A DNA stretch of 62,703 nucleotides, filler included, from Chiloscyllium plagiosum (GCF_004010195.1; 3 parts of one record of this genome joined end to end with filler, not necessarily neighbours in it), one strand, 5' to 3'; positions 23,190 to 36,100 are shown, counted from the first letter of the whole stretch. Notes: generated by a model from the letters alone, not told the origin. Numbers and translations are program-made.

Positions 23190-26175
23190 AATTACAAAGA
23201 ACAAAGAAAATTTACAGCCCAGGAACTGGCCCTCCAAGCCTGAGCCGATCCAAATCCACTGTCTAAACCTGTCGCCCAATTCCTAAGCATCTGTATCCCC
23301 CTGCTCTTCACCTACTTATGCATCTGTCCAGACCCATCTTAAATGAATCCACTGTGCCTGCCTCTACTACCTCTGCTGACAACACATTCCAGGCACCTAC
23401 CACCCTCTGTGTAAAGTACTTGCCACGTTAAACTTTTCATCTCTCACCTTGAAAGCGTGACCTCTCGTTATTGAATCCTTCACCCTTAGAAAAAGCTTAT
23501 CTCTACCTAACCTGTCTATACCCTTCATGATTTGTAGACCTCCATCAGGTCCCCCTCAGTCTTGTTTTTTCTAATGAAAACAATCCTAACCTACTCAACT
23601 TCTCTTCATAGCTAGCACCTTCCATACCAGGCAACATCTTCGTAAACCTTCTCTGCACCCTGTCCAAAGTGTTCACATCCTTTTGGTAATGTGGCAATCA
23701 GAACTGTACACAGTATTCTAAATGCGGCCGAACCAATGTCTTGTACAATTTTAACATGACCTGCCAACTCATACTCAATACCTCATCTGATGAAGGCGAG
23801 CATATCATATACCTTCTTGACCAATCTATCCACCTGATAGCCACCTTCAGGTTACAATGGACCTGAACTCCCAGATCTCTCTGTTCATCAACTTTTCCCA
23901 AGGCTCTTTCATTTACTATGTAATTCACTCTAGAATTAGACTTCCTAAAATGCATCACCTCACATTTGCCTGGATTTAACTCAATCTGCCACTTCTCCAT
24001 CCAACTCTCCAGTCTATCTATGTTCTCCTGTATTCTTTGACAGTCTCCTATGCTTTCTGCTACTCCTCCAATCTTCGTGTTATCTGCAAATTTGCTGATC
24101 ATACCAACAATGCCCTCTTCCAGATCATTTATGTATATCAGAAACAACAGTGGCCCCAGCACTGATCCCTGTGGAACACCACTGGTCACCTTTCTCCATT
24201 TCGAGAAACTCCCTTCAACTACTACTCTCTGTCTCCTGTTGCTCAACCAGTTCTTTATCCACCTAACTAGAACACCATGAACACCATGTGACTTCACTTT
24301 CTCCATTAGTTTACCATGGGGAACCTTAAGAAACACCTTACTAAAGTCCATGTATATGACATCTACAGCCCTTCCTTCATCTATCAACTTGGTCACTTCA
24401 TCACAGAACTCTATTAAGTTGGTAAGGCATGATCTCCTCTGCACAACATGTTGCCTATCACTGATAAGCCCATTCTTTTCCAAATATAAAAAGATTTTAT
24501 CCTTCTCCAGCAACTTTGCCACCACTGACGTCAGTCTCAGTGGTCTGTAGTTACCCGGAATATTTTACTACTGCTCTTGTACAGGGGACAATATGAGCAA
24601 CCCTCCAGTCCACCGGCACCTCACTTGTGTTAAGGATGCTACAAAGATATCTGTCAGGGCCCCAGCTATTTCCCCTCTCGCCTCCCTCAGCAACCTGGGA
24701 TAGATCCCATCCGGTCCTGGGGAGTTGTCCACCTTATTAACCTCGAGCCTACCCAACACATCTTCCCTATTTATGTCAATGTGATCCAGAGTAATCAAAC
24801 TTCTATCTCTAAACTCAACATTCATCATGTTCCTTTCCTCAGTGAAGACTGACGCAAAGTAATTGTTCAGAATCACACCCATTTTCTCAGGTTCAATACA
24901 CAGCCTTCCTTTCTTATCCTTTAGTGGACCAATTCTTTCTCTAACTACTCGCTTGCTTCTTATGTAAGAATAAATAACTTTGGGATTCTCCTTAATTCTG
25001 CTCGCTAAAGCTATTTCATGACCCCTTTTAGCCTGCTTGATTCCTTGTTTAAGACTGATTCTACTCCCTTAATATTTCTCCAGGGCCCGTTCTGTTCTTA
25101 GCTGCCTGGACCTTATGTATGCTTCCCTTTTCCTCTTGGCTACCCGTACGATTTCTTCTGTCATCCACGGTTCATGAATCTTGCCTTTCCTATCCTTTGC
25201 TTTCAATGGGACATGCCTATCCTGCACTATCTTTAACCTATCTTTGAAAGCCTCCCACATATCAAATGTGAACTTCCCTTCAAATAGCTGTGTCCTATCC
25301 ACATTTCCCAGCTCCTGCCTAGTTTTGATATAATTGGCCTTGGCCCAGTTTAGTACTTTTCCCTTAGGACCGCTCTCATCTTTGTCTACGAGTATTCTAA
25401 AACTTACAGAATTGTGCTCACTGTTCCCAAAGAAATCCCCCACTGCAACTTCTACCACTTGGCCTGGCTCATTCCCCAGTACCCCTTCCCTCATCGGATT
25501 ATTGACATACTGCTCTAGGAAACTCTTCTGGACGCTTCTTACAAATTCTGCTCCATCCAGACCTCTGACACTAAGTGTATCCCAGTAAGTGTTGGGAAAA
25601 TTAAAATCTCCCATCACCATTACCCTATTGCCTCTACATCTTTCCATAATCTGTTTACCTATTTGTTTTTCTACCTCATGCTCACTGTTGGGAGGCCTGT
25701 AATACAGCCCCAACAGTGTGACTGCACCCTTCTTATTTCTCAGCTTCACCCATAATGCCTCACTACTGAAGACCTCCATAGTGTCCTCCTTTAGCACAGT
25801 CGTGATGTCATCCCTAACCAGCAATGCAATTCCTCCCCCCTTTTACTTCCCTCCTGGTCCTGTCTGAAGCGTCTATATGCTGGAACATATAGTTGCCCTT
25901 CCTTCAACCAAGTCTCTGTGATTGCAATAATGTCATACTCCCAGGCACCAATCCAAGCCCTAAGTTCATCTGCCTTACCACTATACTCCTTGCATTAAAG
26001 TATTTGCACTTTAGGCCACCAGTTCTTTTGCGTTCATCTGCTGTCTGCCTACTTTTCCTCTTATTACTGCTAAGTTCATGATCCTTACAGTCCCCAGTTT
26101 CCACCTTGCTGTCTACTTGTCTTCTCTTCTGGTTCCCAGCCCCCTGCCACATTAGTTTAAAACCTCCCCAACAAC
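23190..26175 (-). mobile_element. Long CR1 LINE (APE endonuclease plus RT, frameshifted), nested in an older + strand CR1
   Basis: ORFs 25069-25824 (YYRPPNS, GDFNFP, SEHNSV endonuclease motifs), 24568-24882 (SPGPDGIYPR) and 23698-24525 (YMDFSK, GVPQGSVLGPLLF, KFADNTK). Confidence 0.95.
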
Positions 26176-26176
26176 A

Positions 26177-27280
26177 TTGGACAGAGTCAGCATTGATTTA
26201 CAAAAGGGAAGTCATGCTTGACACCCACTGAAATTTTGAGGATGTTACTCGGAGAGTTGATAAAGGGGTGCCATGGGATGTGATTTACTTGGACTTTAAG
26301 AAAGCATTCGATAAGGATCCACATAAGAGATTATCAGGTAAAATTAAAGTGGATGGAATTGAGGATAGTATACTGACACAGACAGAGAACTGGTTGGCAG
26401 ACAGGAAACATAAGCCTTTTTTCAAGTAGCAGTCAGTGATGAGTGGATATGGCAGGGATATGTGCTAAGACCCAGCTATTCACTATATTTATATTCATGA
26501 TTTAAATGACCGACCTAAATGTAATATCTCCAAGATTACATGTGACGCAAAGCTTGGTGGGAGAGCGAACAATGAAGAGGATGCAGAGATGTTTCAGTGT
26601 AATTTGTACAAGTTGAGTGAGTGGGCAAATACATGGCAGTTGAAATATAATGTGGATGCATGTATCACTTTGATAGCAAAAACAGGAAGACAGATTATCA
26701 TCTGAATGGTGATGGATTGGAAAAGGGGGAGATGTGCAACAAGACCTGGGTGTTCTTTTATACCAGTCACTGAAAATGAACAAGCAAGTTTAGTAGGCGG
26801 TGAAAAAGGCAATTGGTATGTTGGCTTTCGTAGTGAAAGGATTCAGGTATAGGAGCAGGGATGTTTTGCTGCAATTGTACAGGGCCTTGGTGAGACCATA
26901 ACCAGATTATTGTGTACAAAGTTACAAATCGCACAAAACCAGGTTATAGTCCAACAGATTTAATTGTAAGCACTAGCTTTCAGAGCACCGCTCCTTCATC
27001 AGGTGGTTGTAGAAGCGGCGCTCCAAAAGCTAGTGCTTTTAATTAAACCTGTTGGATTATAATCTGGTGTTGTGTGATTTGTAACTTTGTACACCCCCGT
27101 CCAACACTGGCATCTCCAAATCATGACTCCTATCAACAGATTATTGTGTGCAGTTTTGGTCTAATCAAATAGATGATCTGGGTCAGGTTCTTCCTCCTGA
27201 TCTAGATTCAGGACACTGCTTTTTATTTCGGAAAGAACATTCTGACCATGGCAAGAGAGCAACGAAGGCTTACCAGAACT
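26177..27280 (+). mobile_element. CR1 LINE RT remnant (continues the fragment at about 23135-23188)
   Basis: IAEHLGNTDR before the nested LINE continues as IGQSQH*FTKGKSCL; YLDFKKAFDK and LVRP..DYCV|QFWS motifs. Confidence 0.85.
26916..27136. mobile_element. Fold-back Penelope terminal-repeat mini-element with hammerhead core (family B)
   Basis: Inverted arms gtacaaagttacaaatc...gcactagcttt / aaagctagtgc...gatttgtaactttgtac; minus strand 26971-27005 = CAC-CTGATGA-A-GGAGC-GGT-GCTCT-GAAA-GC-TA-GTG; TSD cagattattgtgt at 26903-26915 and 27137-27149. Confidence 0.85.
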
Positions 27281-28009
27281 ATTGTGTCTATCCATTAAAT
27301 TTACTACAACTCATGCAGTAGTGAATTACTCAGGTTCACAACCCATTGAGAAAAGTAATTTCTTCTCATTTGATTTAAACTTGTGATTTCTTATCCTAAA
27401 CTATGATCTCTTGTTCTTGGTAACACCACATAAGGAAACACATTGTTTATATCTACTTTGTTGAATCCCTTTAGCATCTTATTTTCCTCCAATTAGATCT
27501 CTTCTCATTCTTCTAAACTCCAGAGAGTTTAGAAGAATGTCTAAACTGTGCAATCTCTCTGCAAAGTGCAAACCCCTTATCTCACCTCAACCCCTAACAA
27601 CTTCCACCAAATTGTCTTTTTTTTAAATGATGCAAAGATATAATAAATCCAGTGTGGTTTGTCTGCTGAATCACAGTCATAATTGTACTTATACTACAAG
27701 TCACCTAACCTGCACAAATATGCAGTGTAATACAAGTTCCTTTTATCTATTTATTAGATTCTTGAAATTGGAGATTTATCTTTAAGAAACTGCAGTTGCC
27801 CGATGTTATGTAAGGATCAGAGCTGAGTATTTCTTTATGTTAAAAGAAACCCTGATTCATGGGTTCAATTTTTTAAATTTCTGAGTAGAGGCAAAATACA
27901 GAGAAATGTATTAACTGTTGTTTCAAAGCAGGGAACAATACACCTGGCAGCTATTGAATCATTTATAGCTATTTTACTTCTGTCTTCAGTTGTAATTCAG
28001 TTCAATTTG

Positions 28010-28653
28010 GGAGTGGCACAGTGGCTCAGTGGTTGTCACTGTTACCTTGCAGCAGATGTATTTCCAGCCTTGGGCTACTGTCTTTGTGGAGTTTTTAAGT
28101 TTCCCTGTCTGTGTGGGTTTCTGCTAGACACTCTGGTTTCCTCCCAAACAGTCCAAAAGTTAGGTGGCTTGGCCATGTTAAATTGTCCATAGTGTCCAGG
28201 GATGTATAGGTAGGGTAGCTTTGCCATAGTAAATGTAGAGTCATGGGGATAGGTTAGGGCGGGGGTGAGACTGGGTCTGCTCTCAGTGTTGGTGCAGACT
28301 CAATGGGCTGAATGGCATCTTTCTGCACTGTAGTAGCACGGTGGCACAGTGGTTAGCACTGCTGCCTCACAGCGCCTGAGACCCAGGTTCAATTCCCGCC
28401 TCAGGCGACTGACTGTGTGGAGTTTGCATGTTCTCCTCGTGTCTGCGTGGGTTTCCTCCAGGTGCTCCGGTTTCCTCCCACATTCCAAAGATGTGCAGGT
28501 CAGGTGAATTGGCCATGCTAAATTGCCCGTAGTGTAAGGTAAGGGATAAAATGTAGGGGTATGGGTGGGTTGCACTTTGGCGGGTCGGTGTGGACTTGTT
28601 GGGCCGAAGGGCCTGTTTCCATGCTGCAATCTAATCTAATCTAATCTAATCTA
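28010..28653 (+). mobile_element. Two tandem HE1-type SINEs (old copy about 28010-28332, young copy about 28336-28653)
   Basis: Two heads and V cores in tandem; the second ends in (atcta)n. Confidence 0.85.
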
Positions 28654-29394
28654 AACTCGTGATCCTACCTGTGAGGATGTAATCATTCCAGCCTTGGTGA
28701 TGTAAATCTCAATGAGTGAATAAGTGTCTCCTGACCAGAGCTGATCCTAATACTCGAAGAATCTGAAATCCTCCATGCTGCCTCAAGTCACACATTGAAC
28801 CCCTCTAGTTTCCTGTTTCCACAGCTGCTATTAATGGCATTGGATGCAATCCAAAATGTCCATCCCAAATGTTGTGTGTTGTTTACTTCAGGCCTTATCA
28901 CATAGTCCATTTCAAACCTTTTACTTGCATTTGCCACAATTATCATGAACTGTATTTATCAAAATGGTAAAATGATTTGCAACATAGTTATGTGTTTCTC
29001 TGTCATTCACAGAAATATTGATTGGTAATTTAACTCTTTGTTTCCACCACATTTCTACCCAGTCACCCTACCAACCTACTCACTGATCCCTCAATCCTTC
29101 TGACACAAATATGAGTGTGATCAATAAGGGAATTGAGGGCTGTGGGGAAAATGCAGGAAAATGGATATGAGAATGTTGAATCAGCCATGATCCTATTGAA
29201 TGATGGTGCATACTTGAGAGGCCGAATGGCTTACATGTACTAATTTTGAAATTAGTACACCATTTCATAATGAAAATGTTTGGTTTTCCAAGATATGTAC
29301 CTGCTGGGCAGCAAAGGGAGCACCTCTTTGTCTTTGGATGGGTATGGTGGGTGCACTGCTCATTTTACACTCAAAGCTAAAATCTTCACACAGT

Positions 29395-30295
29395 TCAGTT
29401 TCTGGTCAATGGTAACTCCCAGGATGTTGATAATGGGGAATTCAGTAATTCTAACACCATTGAATGTTAAGAGGTGATTGTTAGATTGTCTCTTATTGGT
29501 GATGGTCATAGCCTGGTCTTTGTGTGGTACAAATGTTACTTGCTACTTGTTGGCCCAAACCTGGATATTGTTCAGATCTTGTTGCATTTGAACTTGGAGT
29601 GCTGCAGTGTCTGAAAGTCACAAACAGTGTTGAACATTGAGCAATTATTGGCCAACATCCACACTTCTGATCTTATGAAGGAGGGAAGGTCATTGAAATA
29701 GCAGAAGATGGTTGGGCCTAGGACTGTACCCTCATGGACTCCTGCAGAGATGTCCTGGAGCTGAGGTGACTGACTTCCAACAACTACAACTATCTTCCTA
29801 TATATCAGGTTTGATTCCAACCAGCGAAGAGTTTGCCCTCTGATACCCATTGTTCCCAATTTTGCACGGGCTCCTTGATGCCACACTCAGTCGAATGCAG
29901 TCTTGATGTCAAGGACTGTCACTCTCATCTCACCTCTGGAATTCAGCTCTTTTGTCCATGTTTGAGCCAAGGCTGTTTCATGGTCAGGAGCTAAATGGCT
30001 CTACTGAAACCCAAACTGGGCATCACTGAGCAGATTATTGCTTCTTGAAAGCACTATTGATGACACCTTCCATCACTTTGATGATTCAGATGGCTAGGCT
30101 GGATTTGTTCTGCTTTTTATGTTCAGGAGATACCTAGGCCATTTTCCACATTGTCAGGTAGCTGTCAGTGTTGTGATTGCACTGGAAGAGCTTGGCTAGG
30201 GGAGCAACAAGTTCTGTAGTACAAGTTTTTTATACTATTGCCGGAATGTCGTAAGGGTCCATAGCCTTTGCAGTATCCAGTGTCTCCAACTCTTT
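29395..30295 (-). mobile_element. CR1 LINE RT remnant (second CR1 lineage)
   Basis: ORF 29572-29886: GIRGQTLRWLESNL..RKIVVVV, GVHEGTVLGPTIF..FNDLPS. Confidence 0.8.
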
Positions 30296-30511
30296 CTTTC
30301 TTTCCATTTTATCCTTCTTCAGATAACGACACGAAACTTCACGCAACATTCCAGGTATGGCCTTACAAATTCCCTGAGTAATTGCATCAAGAATTCTTGT
30401 TCCTGTACTTGAATCCTCTTGCTATGAAGGCCAATATACCATTTGCCTTCTTTACTGCCTGTTGCAATAGCATATTTATTTTCAGCGATTGGTGCATGAC
30501 CAGACCCAGGT

Positions 30512-31007
30512 CTGCCCCCTGTAAAAACGCCGTCCCATATTTGCAATTCCATCGCCTCCGCTGCATCTGCTCCCAGGAGGACCAATTCCAATACCAAACA
30601 ACGCAGCTGGCCTCCTTCTTAAAGACCGCAAATTCCCCTCAGACGTGGTTGACGATGCTCTCCACCGCACCTCCTACACTTCCCGCTCCTCCGCCCTTGA
30701 ACCCCGCACCTCCAATCGCCACCAGGACAGAACCCCACTGGTCCTCACCTACCACCCCACCAAGCTCCAGATACACCGTATCATCATACGTCATTTCTGC
30801 CACCTCCAAACAGACCCCACCACCAAGGATATTTTTCCCTCCCCTCCCCTATCAGTGTTCCGGAAAGACCACTCCCTCCGCGACTCCCTCGTCAGGTCCA
30901 CAGCCCCCACCAACCCAACCTCCACTCCCGGCACCTTCCCCTGCAACCGCAAGAAATGCAAAACTTGCGCCCACACCTCCCCCCTCATTTCCCTCCAAGG
31001 CCCCAAG
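30512..31007 (+). mobile_element. Penelope-like (Neptune-type) element: RT thumb, linker and Cys motif, running into the scaffold gap
   Basis: PCKNAVPYLQFHRLRCICS, RTPLVLTYHP, FRKDHSLRDSLVRS, GTFPCNRKKCKTC are typical PLE RT-thumb and Zn-finger-like linker motifs. Confidence 0.88.
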
Positions 31008-31107
31008 NNNNNNNNNNNNNNNNNNNNNNNNNNNNNNNNNNNNNNNNNNNNTTAATTAATTAANNNNNNNNNNNNNNNNNNNNNNNNNNNNNNNNNNNNN
31101 NNNNNNN
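31008..31107. other. Artificial scaffold join: 44 N + TTAATTAATTAA + 44 N
   Basis: Exactly 100 bp with a central palindromic six-frame stop linker; identical construct at 54468-54567. Confidence 0.95.
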
Positions 31108-31281
31108 GGCATGGAATGCGCTGCCTGTGGGAGTGGCAGAGTCAGAATCATTGGTGACCTTTAAGCGGGAATTGGATAGGTACATGGATGGGTGCTTAAG
31201 CTAGGATAAATGTTCGGCACAACATCGTGGGCCGAAGGGCCTGTTCTGTGCTGTATTGTTCTATGTTCTATGTTCTATGTT

Positions 31282-32600
31282 ATCAATACTGTTAAGGCAT
31301 GGAGGGCAATTCGGCAGAGGGAAGGCAATATTGGCAAAACATCTTCTCTTATACCTGTAGTGAGTATGCTGGGTTTTCAACAGGAGATGATAGATTCAGG
31401 ATTCAAACATTGGGCAGCTAGGGCTGTGTCTTGCATGGGCGATTTATTTGAGGGAGACACAATGATATCGTTTGAACAGTTAGCACGAAAATACGAGTTA
31501 CCTAACAGAGACCTCTTTCATTTTTTTCAACTTATAGATTATATTAAAAAAAAGACTGCACTTTGACTGGACCCTACAAATCCGACATAGCGAGGAGGGT
31601 ACTCAGTGCTAACAGTACACTTTCTGTAAGCACTTTATAACATCAATTGGGGGGGCGCCCCCTAAGAGAATTTGATTGACTCTGCAGGGTGTGGGAGAGA
31701 GAGCTAGGCATCAAAGTCTCCTCAGAGGCATGGGAAGATATTTGGGAAAACACAAGAAAAATATCAATTTGCAATAGGATCCATGCTTTACAGTTGAAGA
31801 TTCTCCACAGAGTCCACTTGGCTCCAGATTGTTTGTCAAAATTTAAACCAGGGGTATTTTCAGCATGTCCCAAGTGCAAGGTTGGTATGAGCACTCTTGC
31901 CCATTGTCTCTGCTCCTGTGGTAAGCTTCAAACACATGGGAGCACTATGGTGGGTGCAATGGAGGGGATTTTGGGTATGAGGGTGGAGAAGGACCCGATC
32001 TCTCTCCTTCTTGGCCAGTACAGTGGGTTCCCTTAGATGCACATAAGAAAAACTTTTCAACATCCTCACTTTCTATGCAAGAAAAAATATCTTGTTAGGT
32101 TGGATATCTGAAAATCCTCCGGGCCTGTTGGGTTGGCGGAAGATTGATATGGAGTATATCCTCTTAAATTTTCTCACAAGTATGGTACACCACAAAAATG
32201 AGAATTTCTATAAGACTTGGCAGCTGTTTTTGGAATACCTGGACACAGATTTGTCTGCCACACTAATAAGGGCTTTTATATAGCTATAGCGATTGTGCTT
32301 TATGAGGCCAATATCCAGAGAGGGGGCATTGCAAACATATGAATGTGATATTTGAGAGTGAGTGTTTTGTTTGGCTGAGCTAAGTTATTTGTTAGCTTGT
32401 TGTTGGTTATTAATTATTTAGTTGAGTAGTTTGATTTTTATATATGTATGTTTTTCTATTCATATTTATACATTTGTACATGAGGTCAGTTTGGGTTTTT
32501 TACAATTTTTTTGGTGTTCTTTCTTTGTATTGTTTTGAATTGTATTGTTTTGTATTTGTAATATTAAAAATCTTTTTTTAAAATATATTTTTATTGAAAA
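31282..32600 (+). mobile_element. Fish-type L1 LINE: ORF2 C-terminal region with Cys-rich zinc knuckle and T-rich 3' UTR
   Basis: SFEQLARKYELP..DLFHFFQL, WERELG....EAW..IW, QLKILHR, CPKC....TLAHCL.SC; T-rich tail 32350-32580. Confidence 0.85.
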
Positions 32601-32604
32601 ATAA

Positions 32605-33330
32605 AGTGCCTGTTCAGTATGCTTGCATAATTAAGAGGAGTTTGTCCTTTTGTCTTTTAAGTTAGTAAATGTTAATTTAAAAAATATGAGGCCAAATGTC
32701 CTAAATGGGTTAGAAATTGTACCTGTATTTAATAAAAGAATATAGGATATTAAACTGATTACAGTAGCTGGGTTGTGAGATTTGTTTACTATTTGCCTGT
32801 GTGAGTTTCATTCATTCGTGCAATTTCATATAAGTGCTGTTTTGACAGTTTCTTAAAGGGATAATGGCCCAGTTAAAAGGTATTTAACAAGTATTTACTA
32901 ACTGGGGAAATGTTTGGTGTTCCAGGTCTAAGAGATGGTTGGTAAGGGCTGATTTAATATTATAATGTTTCATTGAGACTTGATGGGGATGGTATTGCTT
33001 ATGATATGCTACACTTATTCAGCAGTAAATAGGCCTAAACACTGCTTGTAGCAAAGGTTGATAAGTATTGAAGGGTGAAAAGTCAGTCATAGTTGAAAGG
33101 TTTGTTTTAATTAGATAGAGTTGTTTAAATTTGGTCTATATTATGATAGTAAAATACACTACAGAACCATGGTTTCATGAATGAATGAATGAGTGAAACT
33201 GTGTTATAGTAGGGAGTTATGAATGAATGAAACAGGAATGCAATGTTCACTTGTGAGTGGATTAGTGAAGGATAAACATGAAGTGCTTGTGAGTGGGTTA
33301 GTGAAAGGATCAAGAATAAAATATCTCACA
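32605..33330 (-). mobile_element. Partial solo LTR of the same family as the ERV LTR at 56635-57550
   Basis: Shares long blocks (gcttgcataattaagagg, tttcttaaagggataatggcccagttaaaa, cagaaccatggttt, atatctcaca) with 56890-57550; no PPT next to it. Confidence 0.8.
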
Positions 33331-33469
33331 AAGCCATTTGCTCACTCATTCTACCAAAGATCAGATGTCAGCTGTCCTCTAGTGTATTGAGTGTCACTTG
33401 GATGGAAAACCCTTTAATCTCAGTCACCTCCATTGCCGGAATTAAACTGACACCAGAGACTAATATAAC

Positions 33470-35050
33470 AAAGAATAAAGAGAACAAAGAACAATACAGC
33501 CCAGGAACAGGCCCTTTGGCTCTCTAAGCTTGCGTTGACACATTTTACCCTTCCATACTAAAACTGTCTTTGCTTACAGGATCAGTATCCCTCGATTCCC
33601 TTCCTGTTCGTGTATTTGTCCAGATGTTTCTTGAATGCTGCTCTTGTGTCTGCTTCCACCACCTCCTCTGGCAACGTGTTCTGGGTACTCACTACCTTTT
33701 CTGTGAAAAATCTGCTTTACACATCTCTTTTAAACTTCCTTTCCTGCATCTTGAATCTGTGTTCCCTTATAATTGACCCCTGCACCTTGGGAGAAAACCT
33801 CATACGTTCCACCCTATCCATGCCATTCAAAACCTTACAAACATCTATTAGGTCAACCCTCAATCTCCTGTGTTCTAGTGAAACAAAATCTAGTCTATCC
33901 AACCTTTCTACGTAGCTAAAATCCCCCATACCAGACAACATTTTGGTAAACATTTCCTGTACCCTCTCCATGGCATTCACCAACCTTCTGGTGTACGGTG
34001 ACCAGAACTGTACGCAATATTGCAATTGTGGCCTAACTAAAGTTCTATAAAGTCGCACTATAACTTGTCTATCCTTATACTCACTGTCCCTTCCAATGAA
34101 GGCAAGATGCCATAGACCTTGTTTACAACGTTATGCACCCGTGTTGCCACCTTCAGTGATCTGTGGACCTGCCCACTCAGATCCCTCTGCATATCAAAAC
34201 TCCTAAGGGTTCTGGCATTCGCAATATAATTTCCACCTGTACTTGACCTTCCAAAAGAATCACCTCACATTTGTCTGGATTGAACTCCAAGTATCATTTA
34301 TCTGTCCATGCCTCCAACTGGTCTATATCCTGCTGTGTCTTCTGACAAACTTCACTGTCTGCAACATCACAATCTTTGTATCATCTGCAAACTTACTAAT
34401 TAGACCAGCTCCATTTTCATCCAAATCATTTGCATAGACCACGAACAGCAGAGATCCCAACACTGATCTGTATGGGACACCTCTAGTCACATCTCTCCAT
34501 TCTGAAAAGCATTCTTCCACCGCTCCCCTCTGTCTCCTATGATAGTTCTGAAGCCATCTTGCTATCTCACTCCTGATTCCATGTGACTTCATCTATTGAA
34601 CCAGTCTGTCATGAGGGACCCTGTTAAAGGCTTTACTGAAGTCCACATAGACAATACCAACTGCTTTTCCCTTATCACTTATCTTCGTCACCTCCTCAAA
34701 AAACTCTTACCAATGGGCCATGATCAGCCCCACACAAAAACATGCTATCTTATCAGTAATAAATCAATTTGCTTCTAAATGTGTATGGATCTTGTCCCTG
34801 AGAAACTTTTCCAATAATTTCCCTACCACCAACTTGAGGCTCACAGGCCTGTAATTTCCTGGATTATCCCTGTTACTGTTCTTAAACAGCATTGGTTATT
34901 CTCCAGTCCTCTGGGACCTCACCAGTGGCCAAAAAGGATATGAAGATATCTGTCAATGCTCCAGCAATTTGTTCTCATGCCTCTCTTTATATTCTGGGAT
35001 AGATTCCACCAGGACGCAGAGCCTTATCTACTTTAATAATTTTTAATAGC
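33470..35050 (-). mobile_element. CR1 LINE RT and 3' tail
   Basis: ORFs 33717-34058 (LVRPQLQYCVQFWSP) and 34323-34592 (SKFADDTK). Confidence 0.9.
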
Positions 35051-35139
35051 AACTTGGCTGAAAGTACAATCTACAGTATGAAGTGTTTTTGCCAACTTTC
35101 CACCCAATATCCAACCTATTGTTCTTTTCAATTCTGCAG

Positions 35140-36100
35140 ACAAGAAACTCGACCTATCCAAAACAAAATTCATCAATTCAGACCTGATCAGTCAAATTTT
35201 CCATCTCGCATATACATTGAAGGATAGAATCTGGAATATGTTGAGCACTTCACAGACCTGAACAGCACCTCTCTCAAAAGGTCTCCATCGACTTATAGAT
35301 CCATCTGGTTCTGTTGTGCCAGTTCAGCTTTCTACAAACAGCAGCAGTGAGCATTTGACAATAGAGATCTATAAAAATCCAGTTGTCACCAATACCCTGT
35401 ACTGCAATGAGAGCTAGATTGTGTCTCAGTGACACATGGAGTGCTAGATAAATTTCACCAGCAATGCCCCTACCATATCCTTCAGATTCAATAGAGGACC
35501 ATAAAACAAATGCTAGTGTTCTCCTTGAAGCTAGCTCCACAAGTAATCAGACAAAACTTCTGAAAAGCTGAAAATGTGTTGCTGGAAAAGCGCAGCAGGT
35601 CAGGCAGCATCCAGGGAACAGGAGAATCGACGTTTCGGGCATAAGCCCTTCTTCAGGAAGAAGGGCTTGTGCCCGAAACGTCGATTCTCCTGTTCCCTGG
35701 ATGCTGCCTGACCTGCTGCGCTTTTCCAGCAACACATTTTCAGCTCTGATCTCCAGCATCTGCAGACCTCACTTTCTCCTCAAAAACTTCTGAAAAGTCT
35801 GCTACAGTGGACTGATGATATGTCTAATGTCAGGCCCTGTTTTCCTACTGATCAAAAAGCAGGTATTCCAAGGAGGACAAAGGTAATACTACAAGACATT
35901 CAGGAACTCTCCTTAAAGCATGGTAGCATTGACTTTAAAGATTGGGAAGAGCTTGCTACCAATTGTTCAAAAATTGCAACAAGTCTTCCCCATGTTTTTA
36001 TCAGGCTTTGAGTTCAAACACCTTAATGATGAGGCAGAACGGCAACAAAGAAGGGGAAGAAAGGAAACAAATCCTGCACTCCACATACCATTTCCCAGTG
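35140..36100 (+). mobile_element. RTE (BovB-like) LINE 3' RT remnant, interrupted by a Penelope hairpin
   Basis: LEYVEHFT.L, ICCASSAF-like segment, EDHKTNASVLLEASSTS and PRRTKV..QD resemble RTE ORF C-terminal motifs. Confidence 0.6.
35568..35782. mobile_element. Fold-back Penelope mini-element (family A), orientation opposite to the 14988 copy
   Basis: About 85-bp nearly perfect inverted arms around cttcttcaggaagaag; TSD aaaacttctgaaaag at 35553-35567 and 35783-35797; minus-strand CTGAAGA-AGGGC-TTAT-GCCC-GAAACGTC core. Confidence 0.88.

Noticed and set aside
28697..28737. Possible C/D box snoRNA (gtgatgt...ctgacc)
   Set aside because: C box is mismatched and the span of about 40 nt is too short.
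29280..29477. ORF containing MYLLG...LDGYGG, superficially like the missing UGGT exon motif MYLSGYGVELAIK
   Set aside because: Spacing and downstream residues do not match, there are no suitable splice sites, and the 3' part is antisense CR1.
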